Source of the DNA: Chiloscyllium plagiosum
Lineage: Eukaryota
Direction of reading: 5' to 3'
Assembly (NCBI RefSeq): GCF_004010195.1
Contig: NC_057754.1
Span: 4,097,971-4,117,970, forward strand
DNA: 20,000 nt
This document shows, in pieces, positions 1 to 10,132 of the stretch (positions within the stretch are counted from its first letter, which is position 1; each line of letters opens with the position of its first letter). Position numbers and translations under genes: made by a program. The notes under the pieces were generated by a model that was not told where the DNA came from, searched no databases, and saw only the letters and a list, made by a program, of their open reading frames with translations.

Positions 1-356
1 TCCTCTCTAGGAAAGAGAAGGCTGAGGGGAGACTTTAGGAGATTGCTAGATGTGGAGAAGGTCTTCCTACTTGAGGTGGGGGAGAGGATGAGGGAAACAA
101 GACTACAAGAAGGGCCCAAAAAAATGGGTTGTCATCAAACAAATGCAATAGGAGATTCGGGAGAAACTTCAGTGAATGGTGAGCATGTAGAATTTGCATG
201 GAAAGGTTTTGGTAACGAGCACACGGGAAAATTTAAGGGGAAACTGGATAAGTACTTGAGGAAGAAATATTGATAAACAGAAGGGTGAAGGAGACTTCTC
301 TGGAGCAGAAATGTGGGCTGAAAGACCTGTGACTGTGCTGTAATGCTGTGTAATTC
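1..356 (+). mobile_element. Degenerate CR1-type LINE 3' fragment
   Basis: Start encodes SLGKRRLRGD, like the CR1 ORF2 motif SLEKRRLRGDL. Later FKGKLDKYL, then a CR1-like 3' UTR. Confidence 0.65.
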
Positions 357-668
357 TGGAACAGCGCCATATGTTTTGGATAGCATTTGTCTGTCTTTAA
401 ATTAAAATGTACTATTGGGCTGAAATGATATTGTGTATATGTTTAACTTCACCTTCCCACCTTCTTGCCCTCCCCCTTAATCCCTTTCAGAAACCATTAC
501 TGGATCCCATATTGTCTGTATCCATATCCTCCCCCGACACAGAAATCCTATTTTAGATTTGATCACTTTTTCTCACACAAACTGACCCTTTTAGGCCCAA
601 CCTCTTTACTCTGTTTCTCCTTGTGTCCACTCCATGCTCTAGGTCTCACTCTTCTCTCTCTCACCCAG

Positions 669-783
669 AAAATGATGGGTCCAATTTCTGCTCCACGACT
701 TGAGCCTGTAGCCAGACTGACACTCCTCAGGGAGAGTATCACTGAAGGAACACTGCACTTATTGGAGAAGTGCCATCTTACAG
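669..783 (+). CDS. SIPA1: Candidate internal coding exon of SIPA1 (KMMGPISAPRLEPVARLTLLRESITEGTLHLLEKCHLT)
   Basis: Polypyrimidine tract and CAG acceptor at 666-668 (alternative AG at 641-642). Only one frame is open. RLTLLRESIT resembles RTLSLRNSIS of mammalian SIPA1 as recalled. The exon would end phase 1 at a non-canonical CAG|GCGAGA donor, which fits the downstream phase-1 exon. Confidence 0.45.
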
Positions 784-1178
784 GCGAGACACGAAAACAA
801 ACCCTGCTTCCTTTGCCCCACCCCACTCCACCATCTATCTATATGGGCAGATGTCAACAATCCCAAGGCCAATGCTGGAAGAAGAATTGTGGGGTGGGAG
901 GGGGTGTTTGGTGGTTCTCCTAATGTCCTGGAACCAATATTCTTCTCTCAACTACTTCCACAAAAAAGACAGATTAACTGCCCATCAATCCTATCATGCA
1001 AAATGACTGATGCATTTGGCTACATACCATTCTAAAGTAATGTGCTGTGTATGACAACGTGTTAAGGTAGTGTATGAATGTAAGTATAACATTATTACAA
1101 GTCCAAGAACAATTTCAGTAATGCTACCAGAAGCCCCCATGGTCATGCAACTGATAGATGTTTCTGATTCCAATCTAG

Positions 1179-1356
1179 GCTGCTATTCTCCAACACACTC
1201 TCTCTGGGACCAACTCTGCAGGGATTTTCTCCAGTTGTTCCAGCGGCTCTGATCCTGACCTTCAGGACCCCCAACAGGCCCTTCGGACTGAATCCATGTT
1301 GAGCGATTCACCTGCTGGTTCCAACCAAAACTTGCCACCTGACCTCAAATTAGATG
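1179..1356 (+). CDS. SIPA1: Candidate Ser/Pro-rich internal coding exon of SIPA1 (AAILQHTLSGTNSAGIFSSCSSGSDPDLQDPQQALRTESMLSDSPAGSNQNLPPDLKLD)
   Basis: 59 open codons after a TAG acceptor (1176-1178), ending at a phase-1 donor G|GTAAAA (1357) that matches the 1709 exon. A second acceptor CTCTGCAG|GG (exon start 1222, phase 1) would join the 669-783 exon in frame. No homology recognised, and the 5' boundary is uncertain. Confidence 0.5.
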
Positions 1357-1708
1357 GTAAAATAACCGCATTGGGGTGAGGAGAGATAATTGGAAAATGC
1401 TCGGGTTTCATAGTCATCATGGGAAATTTTATTTTCTAGCCTCATCCTTCCCTCAGGGGCAAAGACTCTGAGCTGTGTTTCTACTCTTGCTTGCTGCTGG
1501 GTTTGGCTTGGTGTAAGGTTCCCAACAGTTGAGTAGTCTACTAGTAGTCTACTAAACACACATAAGGGGCAATTAGATAAGGTACATCCAATAGCTAGCC
1601 CCACACAAAGTGTCATGATGGAGGAGGAAGGGTAAGGAATGATTCAGAATAACACTGAGAAGACATCTCATTCTGTGAGAGTTACGTTATTTCATCTTTC
1701 CCTTTTAG

Positions 1709-1804
1709 ATACTGTGACCTCTGATAACTCCAACACTGAATGGCAGTCACTGGCAGACATAGCTTCATACTGTGATAGCCTGGTACAGTCTCTTTCCTTG
1801 GAAG
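1709..1804 (+). CDS. SIPA1: SIPA1 coding exon ((D)TVTSDNSNTEWQSLADIASYCDSLVQSLSLE)
   Basis: Acceptor tttcccttttag|AT and donor AAG|GTGAGT, phase 1/1. EWQSLADIASYCDSLVQSLSLE aligns with EWQAISEIASTCNTILESLSRE of human SIPA1 (recalled). Confidence 0.88.
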
Positions 1805-2303
1805 GTGAGTAGGTTGCTGAATGGAACACTTGGTCCATGAAGTGTCTTCGTTTGGTTTTATTCTTAGGTGGGAGGGCGAACCACTTGTTTGAAATATATC
1901 ACAAGGTGACTGGACTGGTATAAGTCACTGTGGTTCTGGCAAGCGGGCTGAGTAACACTTCCCCTTTCCAAGGCCACTGACCTCTCCCCTGTTGCCCAGG
2001 GCTATTGACCCATCAATATGGCCCAGGACAGTTGACCTTTCCCCTTTGCACAGAGTTGTTGACTCTTCCCTGTGACCTTGGGCCAGTGCCCCTGTTAAAA
2101 AAATTGCAACACTACCAACAGGCAAAATGGTCCGATAACATCACAGCATTTGCCCCTTTGCCCAACCACTGGAGAGGGGCATTGCTCATCACTGGGCATG
2201 ATTATTTGCTCTCTGTAGTTAGCCCTGTGCCCAACCCTTGAATAGTGGTATCACAACCTCTTGCAGGTGTCACTTGCTCCAACTAATCTTTTTCTTTTAT
2301 CAG

Positions 2304-2370
2304 ATGAGAGCACAGTGGAGCCATCCAGAGCTGATGACAAGGTTGACTTAATGGAAGCGGGCAGACCAAG
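2304..2370 (+). CDS. SIPA1: SIPA1 coding exon ((D)ESTVEPSRADDKVDLMEAGRP(S))
   Basis: Strong acceptor with branch-like ACTAAT, then tttttcttttatcag. Donor AAG|GTAGGT. 67 bp, phase 1/2, bridging the phase-1 donor at 1804 and the phase-2 acceptor at 5346. Confidence 0.82.
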
Positions 2371-2469
2371 GTAGGTTGATCTCGACATCAGAGGGGTTAC
2401 GTTAGATGGTCAAAGAATTCTGCAAGTGTGTCAAAGTTTCTAAGGACTCAGAACTCATTGATTTGACTA

Positions 2470-2645
2470 TAAGACCATAAAACCTAGGAGCAGAAATTAG
2501 GCCATTCCATCCATCAAGTCTGTCTGCCATTTAATTATGGCTGATAAGTTTCTCAACCACATTCTCCCACTTTCTCCCAGTGACCCTTGATACCTTTTAC
2601 AATCAATAACCTATCTATCTTTGTCTTAAATATACTCAATGAAGT
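2470..2645 (-). mobile_element. CR1-type LINE 3' end
   Basis: The minus strand encodes SLSIFKTKIDRLLIVKGIKGHWEKVGECG, typical of a CR1 ORF2 C-terminus, followed by the 3' UTR. Confidence 0.75.
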
Positions 2646-2787
2646 TTGGATACAGATTGACTCAGTTAGTGGTGCACATTTCAACAGTGGTCTCTGGAGG
2701 CCTGGGAGGAGAAACGTAGGGAGGTGTTGTATAAGATAGATAAGTGTTTGACAATAGGGTCCCAGGAGTTGATCGCAGTCCTTGCAC

Positions 2788-3132
2788 CAGTACTGAGGGA
2801 GCGAGCACTGTAAGATATGCCATTTTTTGGTTGAGATCTTAAACCTGAGTAGTTCCAATCTGTCCTTTCAGATAAACACTGCTTTGAAAAGCAAAACACA
2901 AGCATTCTCTTCAGCATCCTGGGTCAATATTTATTGATCATCTAGCATCACTGAAATCAGATGATGTGGGTCATTATCACATTGTTATTTTTGGGAGCTT
3001 GCTCTACACAAATTGGCAATCCTGCATTTCCTGTGTACAGCAGCAAGTGCACTCCAAAAAAAGTACCACAGTGGCATTTTGAGACATCCAGAGTGATGTG
3101 ATAAGGCAAATAAAAATGCTGCAATTTCTTTT
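2788..3132 (+). mobile_element. Deu-domain SINE (SacSINE1/AmnSINE1-like), body and tail
   Basis: Recalled DeuSINE motifs appear in order: CAGTACTGAGGGAG..CACTG, TTGAGATCTTAAACC, CAATATTTAT, CAGATGATGTGGGTCATTATCACATTG, CAAATTGGC, and a tail near AAATGCTGCAATTTCTTT. Confidence 0.7.
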
Positions 3133-3454
3133 CACCAGCCACTAAAAGGTCAAACTCTCAGACATTGCTAGGTCAGGGAGAGGATGGGTGGTGAGCAGGG
3201 CTGTAGTACCTCAAGCTGTCTGTCAGTGACAGTGTTGAGGCCGGCCAGTGCTGTTCAACAGCATGATGGTGCCATCTGTAGGCTCCTGAGAGTTATTGAT
3301 TGCAAGTTGAATGGAGGGAGGACTGAGTTTTGTAGTTTCCAATGACCTCATCCAGCTCCCCCCAAACCGGATAACACCACTTTCTTACACCCCTCATCCA
3401 AACAAGGGAGATATGGGAAAGTGTCAGAAAGTTTCTCGCTGGGCCAGAACACTG

Positions 3455-4725
3455 GAACATAAGAAATAAGAGTAAGTAATTTGGCCTCTTGGTTTGTTTC
3501 ATCATTCGACCAAATCATGGTTGATCTTTTGCCTCAATACCATTTTCCCACACTATCTCCATATCCTTGAAAGTTGCCACCCAGGTTGAAAGGGTTGTTG
3601 GGAAGGCATACAGTTTTCAGCTTTTATTAATAGAGGGATCGAGTTCCAGAACCATGAGATTATGCTGCAGCTGTACAAAGCTCTGGTGTGGCCGCACTTG
3701 GAGTATTGTGTACAGTTCTGGTCACCACATTATAAGAAGGATGTGGAAGCTTTGGAAAGGGTGCAGAGGAGAAGTTTCTTTACTCAGAGAGTAGTAAGGG
3801 TATGGAATGCTTTGCCTGCAACGTTAGTAGATTCGCCAACTTTAAGTACATTTAAGTCGTCATTGGATAAGCATATGGACGTACATGGAATAGTGTAGGT
3901 TAGATGGGCTTCAGATTGGTATGACAGGTCGGCACAACATAGAGAGCCGAAGGGCCTGTACTGCGCTGTACTGTTCTATGTTCTATCCATTGATAAATTT
4001 AGTATCTAGGAATCTATTGATCTATGACTTGAATATACTCATTGACTGAGGCCTCACTGCCCTCTGAGGAAGCAAATTCCAAAGATTCAGCCCACTCTGA
4101 ATAATTTCTTCTGAATCTCAGTCCTAAATGGCCTGTTCTTTGATCTGAGACTGTGTCCCCTGATTCTAGATCTCTTAGCCAGACAGAAGAAACATTCTTT
4201 CTGCATCTGACCTATAAAGCCCTGTACGCTTCAATGAGATCACCTCTCATTCTTCTAAACTCTACACAATAGTAAGGCCACTCTTTTCAATTTCTCCTCA
4301 TAAATCCTCCCAGAAATCAAATGAGTCTTCATTGCATTCCATCTGGTAAGTATATCCAGTCATAGGTAAGGGAACCAAAAATGTACATGATACTCCAACT
4401 GTGGTCTCATTGCAGCAAGACTAATTTACTCATGAGCTCAAATCATCTGGTCATTAAGATCAGCATACATTTGCTGTCCAAATTGTTTGCTCCACTGGCA
4501 ATTTCAATGATTTATACGTGGGAATACCCAGGTCTTTTCCCACATCTCTCACCATTTAAGAAATACTCTACATTTTTGTTTTAACTGCCAAAGTGGATAG
4601 CTTCATATTTTTTCCACAGTATACTCCATCTGCTATGTACATGCTCACTCATGGCCTGTCTAAATCATCTTAAAACCTCTACGCAACCTCCTCATAGCTC
4701 ACATTCTTGCCTAGTTTAGTGTCAG
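3455..4725 (-). mobile_element. Older CR1-type LINE fragment, interrupted by a + strand CR1 at 3567-3986
   Basis: GAACATAAGAAATAAGAGT tail at the left end. The reverse complement of AGATCACCTCTCATTCTTCTAAACTCTA encodes LEFRRMRGDL. Confidence 0.7.
3567..3986 (+). mobile_element. 5'-truncated, internally deleted CR1 (HER1-like) LINE 3' end
   Basis: ORF 3662-3898 carries LYKALVWPHLEYCVQFWSPHYKKDVEALERVQRR and FFTQRVVRVWNALP, hallmark CR1 ORF2 C-terminal motifs. Ends in a (GTTCTAT)2 tail. Confidence 0.9.
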
Positions 4726-5098
4726 GATATGCTGAGTTAGCACGACTCAGACATGACTGAGGCTACACTAAGCTTCCATGTCCCCTGGGTTAAATAGTGG
4801 TGAAATCAGAATGGAGAAGTCTGGATTCTAGCCCCTGGAACTAACTATCAACTCGTTGCTCATTCCCTTTTCCCCACCTTGTCGGCAATATCTGAGTGTT
4901 GAAGGAAGGAAGACATGGACCGTATTACGACAACTCCAAGGTTTGTTTGCCTACTGGCACTCCCTTCCTGCACTAACCAATCAGTGGACAGCCAAAGCCA
5001 TACCCCAGTAAAATTCAGTGCCCAAAGACGAGCTTAAAGAGAAAACTTTCAGAAGTGAGCAGACAATTGAATTTCTGTGATATGGTCTGAATTGGGAT

Positions 5099-5297
5099 TT
5101 AGAGTAATAGAGCTGTACAGCATGGAAACGGACCCTCCGGACCAACTTGTCCATGCTGACTAGATATCCTAATTTCATCTAGTCCCACCTGCCAGCATTT
5201 GACCCATATCCCTCTAAACGCTTCCTATTCATGTACCCATCCAGGTGCCTTTTAAATGTTGTAATTGTAGCAGCCTCCATGATTTCCTTTAGCAGCT
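5099..5297 (-). mobile_element. CR1/HER1-like LINE 3' end
   Basis: Reverse complement of a shark-type CR1 tail (TACAGCATGGAAACGGACCCT...CCATATCCCTCTAAAC...TTTTAAATGTTG). Confidence 0.75.
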
Positions 5298-5345
5298 TAT
5301 CTTTTAATCAACTTATTTATTTAATTTTCTTGTTTTTCCTCACAG

Positions 5346-5424
5346 TCAATCTCCGGCAGGCCTCAATGAGAAAGTGGTTCATTTGGAAGCTATTGTCAAG
5401 CAACTGCGTGAGAAGTTGATCAAG
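5346..5424 (+). CDS. SIPA1: SIPA1 penultimate coding exon, start of C-terminal coiled coil (QSPAGLNEKVVHLEAIVKQLREKLIK)
   Basis: Acceptor ttttcttgtttttcctcacag and donor AAG|GTGAGG (phase 0). Peptide resembles LSEKVSHLESMLRKLQEDLQK of SIPA1. Confidence 0.9.
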
Positions 5425-5569
5425 GTGAGGCAGCAGGATCAAATGGGCCATGCTGTGAGGTCAGTGATCTGTGTGAAATCAGGGAGGAGGAAACAGGCTC
5501 ACGGGGAACTGAGGGGAGAAAGCCCCTCGCGTACATCATGCAAGCCCCTAAAACTAGTGCAAAAAGGTT

Positions 5570-5700
5570 AGGGTTAGAAATCAGATGTAGAGGAAGCTTT
5601 ACTCTGTATCTAACCCTGTAATTTACCTACTCTAGAAGTGTTTGATGGGAACAGGGTAGTGGGAATTTCATTCCGTATCTAGCCCTGTATTGTACCTATA
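5570..5700 (-). repeat. About two units of the ~68-bp minisatellite family, inverted relative to 6985-7470
   Basis: AGCTTTACTCTGTATCTAACCCTG is the reverse complement of CAGGGTTAGATACAGAGTAAAGCT. Confidence 0.75.
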
Positions 5701-5775
5701 GCAGACTATGGAATGAAAACCTGGCAAAGTTTTTTGAAATACAACAATGGATTTATTTTTGTTTTCGAAAATCAG

Positions 5776-5922
5776 GAGCAAGAGGACAAGGCTTTGCTGG
5801 AGACTGAGGTGGAGCAGCTGCGGCAGAATAACCAGCGTCTTCATCTGGAGTCACAGACCACGGTGTGCCACCTTTTAAAAGTAACTGAATTACTGTGCCG
5901 TACTGCCCCAAAGCCTTCATAG
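5776..5922 (+). CDS. SIPA1: SIPA1 last coding exon (EQEDKALLETEVEQLRQNNQRLHLESQTTVCHLLKVTELLCRTAPKPS*)
   Basis: Acceptor ...atcag|GAG, phase 0, TAG stop at 5920-5922. Resembles EKADRAALEEEVRSLRHNNRRLQAES of SIPA1 and the equivalent SIPA1L C-termini. Confidence 0.9.
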   Translation, partial: EQEDKALLETEVEQLRQNNQRLHLESQTTVCHLLKVTELLCRTAPKPS

Positions 5923-6900
5923 TGTGCATTAAGTAGGAGGGAGTGAGAATTCGCTGGTTCTCTGTACCTGAGTGGGACCTGCCTCTCAGTGGCGAGAAAG
6001 GCCAGGCAGTTGTATCTGCCGCTGACTCGTTTTTCTCTGGAATCTTTCGGCACTGGGCTGCTGCTCTGTCAGAGTTCCTTTTTTTTTTGTGTTGTGTTAT
6101 TCTTTCTACTGTGGTTTAGTGCTTCTAGCATCATAACACTGACAGCACGTTGTGACATCCATGTTTCAGGGAGTACACTTTTTGCCTCCTTTGGTGTTCT
6201 GCTAAATTTGGGAACATTTTTGCCGTCACTGTATGGGAACAGGAGTTGACTGTTTGGTCTAGCTGGTCTATGCTCCTCATGAGCCTTCTCCCACCTGTCT
6301 CCCCCATTTCCACCTCACCCTGTCAGCGTGACCTTGGCAGCTTTTTTAACTGACGTTTCCCTTAATAATTACAAAATATGACTTTTTTTTAAGCTTTATG
6401 GAGTCCAACCAGAGAACATGGGGCTTGTAAATGTTAAAGCTCACGGAGGCCAATGGTGTCAATTTCACCTACACCCTCACCTGGACTTTGCTGCATGCTG
6501 TGGGTTGGGTTGTGGTGGGGTTGGTGTGATAGCACATGGAACCAACGTGTGGTTAGCATGTGCACCATCTACTGTTTGGCAGTGTGAAGAAAGTGTGCAA
6601 TTCAATATGGCAGAAAGGATGCAGAGATGCTGATTTGACCTTGTCGATGAATCCATGCCTTCCAGCCTCTCAGCCCTCCAGTGGCCAGGAGATGAAAGAC
6701 AGCAAATGTCACCATTCATAAGGTGATCAGCCTGGGGTAGACCCTTCGAAAAGGAGCTGGGTTTTCCTTAGCACTTGTGCTGCATCACGTCAAATCAAAT
6801 TAATGTGGAAAATTACGCCAAGTTTTCCCATAGCTTATGTAATACATTCCAAAGCCAAACAGAAAAATCTTTAAATAAATAATAATCTTTTTAATGTCTT
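5923..6900 (+). other. SIPA1: SIPA1 3' UTR (~1 kb)
   Basis: Lies between the stop codon and the poly(A) signal. Contains U-rich tracts and no recognisable TE. Confidence 0.65.
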
Positions 6901-6915
6901 CTGTTTTTTTGTGTG
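6874..6915 (+). terminator. Polyadenylation signal AATAAA with downstream U/GU-rich element
   Basis: AATAAA at 6874-6879, followed by TTTTTAATGTCTTCTGTTTTTTTGTGTG. Confidence 0.7.
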
Positions 6916-6984
6916 CATCAGTGAGAGGATTGTCCTACTTTGGTCTTGACAAATGTACCCAAATGAAGTTTAGCTACAGTAAGA

Positions 6985-7470
6985 CTGTCTCTACACTGTC
7001 ACCATCAAAAACTCTCAGGACAGGGGGACAGAACAGGGTTAGATACAGAGTAAAGCTGTGTACCCATCACACACTCCCAGGATAGGTACAGCTCAGGGTT
7101 AGATACAGAATACAAAGCTCCCTATATGCTGTTGTCATCATATATTCCCACGGCAGGTACAGCATCAGGTCAGATACAGAGTAAAGTTTGCGTTACATTG
7201 TCCTCCTCAAATACACCCAAGTCAGGTATAGCATAGAATTTGAGAGCAAAGCTTTGTCTACACCGTCCTGATCAAGTACTCCCAGATACAGCATGAAGTT
7301 AGATACAGAGTAAAGCTTCCTCTATATTGTCCCCATAAAATACTCTTAGGATGGGTACAGCGCAGGGTTACATACAGAGTAAAGCTCCGTCTGTACTATT
7401 CCCCATCAAAAATTCCAAAGGAAGATCCAACAGGTCCATCTACATTGTCCTCATCAAATACTCTTAGGGA
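6985..7470 (+). repeat. ~60-71 bp minisatellite, ~7 degenerate units
   Basis: The AGATACAGA core recurs at 7041, 7101, 7172, 7301 and (as ACATACAGA) 7370. Approximate unit: GGGTTAGATACAGAGTAAAGCTCCCTCTACACTGTCCCCATCAAACACTCCCAGGACAGGTACAGCA. Confidence 0.85.
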
Positions 7471-7689
7471 AAGTTTTGCACTGCTTAGATACTTCTCCCC
7501 AGCTGAGGAAATCTTCTCAGTGAAGTGAGGACAGAACAGCATTGACAGGGTCCAAAAAGAAGACCTTGTCGCCCATGTTATCAGTCCTGTTTCAAAGAAA
7601 TGGAATAAGTGAGGAAACATTAAAAGAGAAAGGAAGATAAAGTGCTTTTAAAAAATACAGTACATTGAAATGAAATTCCAGTCAACAAA

Positions 7690-7940
7690 AATAACTTATG
7701 TGTGTATGGTACCTTTAATGTCATTCAATTGTAATAAGACACTTTGCAGATATTTGCAGGCACAAATTGATATTCTCAAAAGCTTGGTTAAAGGAGCAGA
7801 TTTTAACTGAAGTTTTAAAGGCACGAAGAAAAGTAGAGATTTTTAAATGTTTGAATTTCAGAGCTTAGGATCAAGACAGTTGAACGCACAGACAATTGTG
7901 GAATGCTTAAGATTGGATTTATATAAGAGACCGGAAAGTT
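7690..7940 (-). mobile_element. Degenerate L2-like LINE 3' fragment
   Basis: Recalled shark L2-type tail motifs (AAAAGCTTGGTTAAAG, GAATTTCAGAGCTTAGG, CAGTTGAACGCAC), highly diverged. Confidence 0.45.
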
Positions 7941-7946
7941 TTATAC

Positions 7947-8267
7947 GGGCGGCACGGTGGCTCAGTGGTTAGCACTGCTGCCTCACAGCACCAGGGTCCC
8001 AGGTTTGATTCCAGCCTCGGGTAACTGTCTGAGTGGAGTTTGCACATTCTCCCTGTGTCTGCGTGGGTTTCCTCCGGGTGCTCCGGTTTCCTCCCACAAT
8101 CCAAAGATGTGCAGGTCAGGTGAACTGGCCATGCTAAATTGTCCATAGTGTTAGGTGCATTAGTTAGAGGGAAATGGGTCTGGGTGGGTTGCTCTTTAGA
8201 GGGTCGGTGTGGACTGGTTTGGCCGAAAGGCCTGTTTCCACACTGTAGGGAATCTAATCTAATCTAA
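7947..8267 (+). mobile_element. Full-length HE1-type V-SINE (tRNA-derived)
   Basis: Pol III box A TGGCTCAGTGG (7958-7968) and box B GGTTTGATTCC (8002-8012). V-domain GGAGTTTGCACATTCTCC...GGGTTTCCTCCGGGTGCTCCGGTTTCCTCCCACA. CR1-like tail ending in (AATCT)3. Confidence 0.92.
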
Positions 8268-8379
8268 ACATGGAGATTTGTAATACTGGAGGAGGTTTTG
8301 CACACACTAAGAATTGAAATCAGACATCATCTCACAGAAGCTGTATTATCCCTTAATAACTTGTGTCTGCAGTAATTGT

Positions 8380-8700
8380 CAGGAAAATCCTAGATTGCTT
8401 CTGTTTTTGGGAAAATCCTAGAACTCTTCAGCCATCTTGAAAATCTTAAACCTCTTCAGCCATCAGGAAAATCCTAGGCCACGACTGATATCAAGAAAAT
8501 CCCAGGTCTCATCAGCAATGATGAAAAGCACAGATCTCTCCTGCCATCTCGAAAATCCTAAATCTCTACTGACGTCAAGTTAATCTCAGGTTTCATCAGC
8601 TATCAGAAAATTCCAGATCTTTCAACCAACAGCAAAGTCCTCTAGCTCTCTGGAAAATACTAGGCCTCTTTAGCCATCAGGAACATCTCAAGCCTCTTTG
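8380..8700 (+). repeat. 28-bp degenerate minisatellite, ~11 units, consensus about GGAAAATCCTAGGCCTCTTCAGCCATCA
   Basis: The GAAAAT-like motif starts at 8383, 8411, 8439, 8467, 8495, 8523, 8551 and 8579, an exact 28-bp spacing. Confidence 0.85.
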
Positions 8701-9971
8701 GATAGGAACTGAAGTTCAGGCTATACTTGCTAAAATGTAACTTTGTATGATCACTCTCTGTTGCATTGTCTTTCTATGTCATGTATACTCTACCTTACCA
8801 TAGATCCTACAATCCATAGAATTTTCTCCCATTATCAAATCCTCTCTACTCTCACTGACTTTACTGACCATTTAATCTCCTTCCACAGCTATTACTGTTC
8901 ACATCTGGGCAGTTGCCCTTCATCTATTTGTGTCAAAGAGTCTCAAGGCCAGGTTCCCAATATTCCAGAAGATATTTGACTATCTCAATCTATCCTTGTG
9001 TTTTAAGCCTCAAGTTATTTTTTGTTCTGCTCTCTATCAATAGGAGGGGCAAGCCAGTATATTTTTCCACTTTTATGAATATGCAGCCTCCAAACTCAAC
9101 ATCCTTGACATCTGAAAGGTGACATCAACATTCCAAATCTTGGTTGGATTCGATTCAAGGTCCTGAATATCGGCTATTATATTCTGTTTAACTTTCTCCC
9201 CCGCTCTACAACAGAGCTTCTTTTGTGGCAACTTTGAATTAGTATTAAAGCTATTGGAAAAACTCAGACATAATTAAAAAGGCTAATGAAATCTTTACAC
9301 TTATTCTTTAACATGATGTGACTGTCACTGCTGAGGCCCAACATTCATCACCCATAATTTCCCCGGAGAACGTGGCGGAAAAGCACTGCAGTCCTTGGCA
9401 TGTAGGGACATCTACAATGCAGTAAGGGAGAAGATTGCAGGATTTTGACCCAGTTACAGTGAAGGAACAGCGATATAGTTCCAAGTCAGGATGGTATGCT
9501 GCCTAGAGTGGAACTTGCAAGGATGGCGTTCCCAGGCATAAGCTGCCCTTGTCCATTTAGATGCCAGAGCCCTCAGGTTTGAAAGGTGCATTTAAACTGG
9601 AATTGGTGAGTTAATGTTGTGCATCCTTGAGATAGTACACACTGCTATCACTGTATGTCAACAAAGGATCGAGTGAATATTTAAGATTGTGAATGGGATA
9701 GCAACAAAGCAAGCTGCCATGACCTGCGTTGTATCAAGCTCTTCGAGTTTGTTGGAGATGCACCTATCCAGTAGAGAGTGTTCCATCACAAAACTAACTT
9801 ATGCCTTATAGATGGCAGATAGGCTTTAGGGAGTTAGGAATCGAATTATTTGCCACAGAATCCCCAGTCACTCACCTGGTCTTATAGTCACAGTATTACT
9901 TGTTGGGTCCAGTTCAGCTTCTAGTCAATAGCAATCTCCAGGATATTGACAGTCAGGGATTCAGCAATGGT

Positions 9972-10132
9972 GAAAGTGAGGACTGCAGATGCTGGAGATT
10001 AGAGTCGAGAGTGTGGTGCTAGAAAAGCACAGCAGGCCAGGCAGCATCCGAGCAGCAGGAAAATCGACGTTTCGGGCAAAAGCCCTTAATCAGGAATGAG
10101 GCTGAGAGTCTCGGGTGGCTAGATTTAAAAAA
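9972..10132 (-). mobile_element. Penelope-like element pseudo-LTR fragment with mutated hammerhead and 17-bp TSD
   Basis: Homologous to 10638-10735 and 17329-17430. Flanked by AGGGATTCAGCAATGGT (9955-9971) and AGGGATTCAGCAGTGGT (10133-10149). Confidence 0.75.

Noticed and set aside
3662..3898. Functional reverse transcriptase gene
   Set aside because: Only a truncated, internally deleted C-terminal CR1 fragment.
4725..5000. Possible old SINE (GCTGAGTTAGC...CTCAG motif)
   Set aside because: Too diverged to assign a family or boundaries by eye.
5989..6719. Short ORFs in the 3' UTR region
   Set aside because: No recognisable homology or splice context; consistent with chance ORFs.
7947..8020. 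tRNA gene
   Set aside because: The A and B boxes belong to the SINE head, followed by the V-domain and a LINE-like tail.
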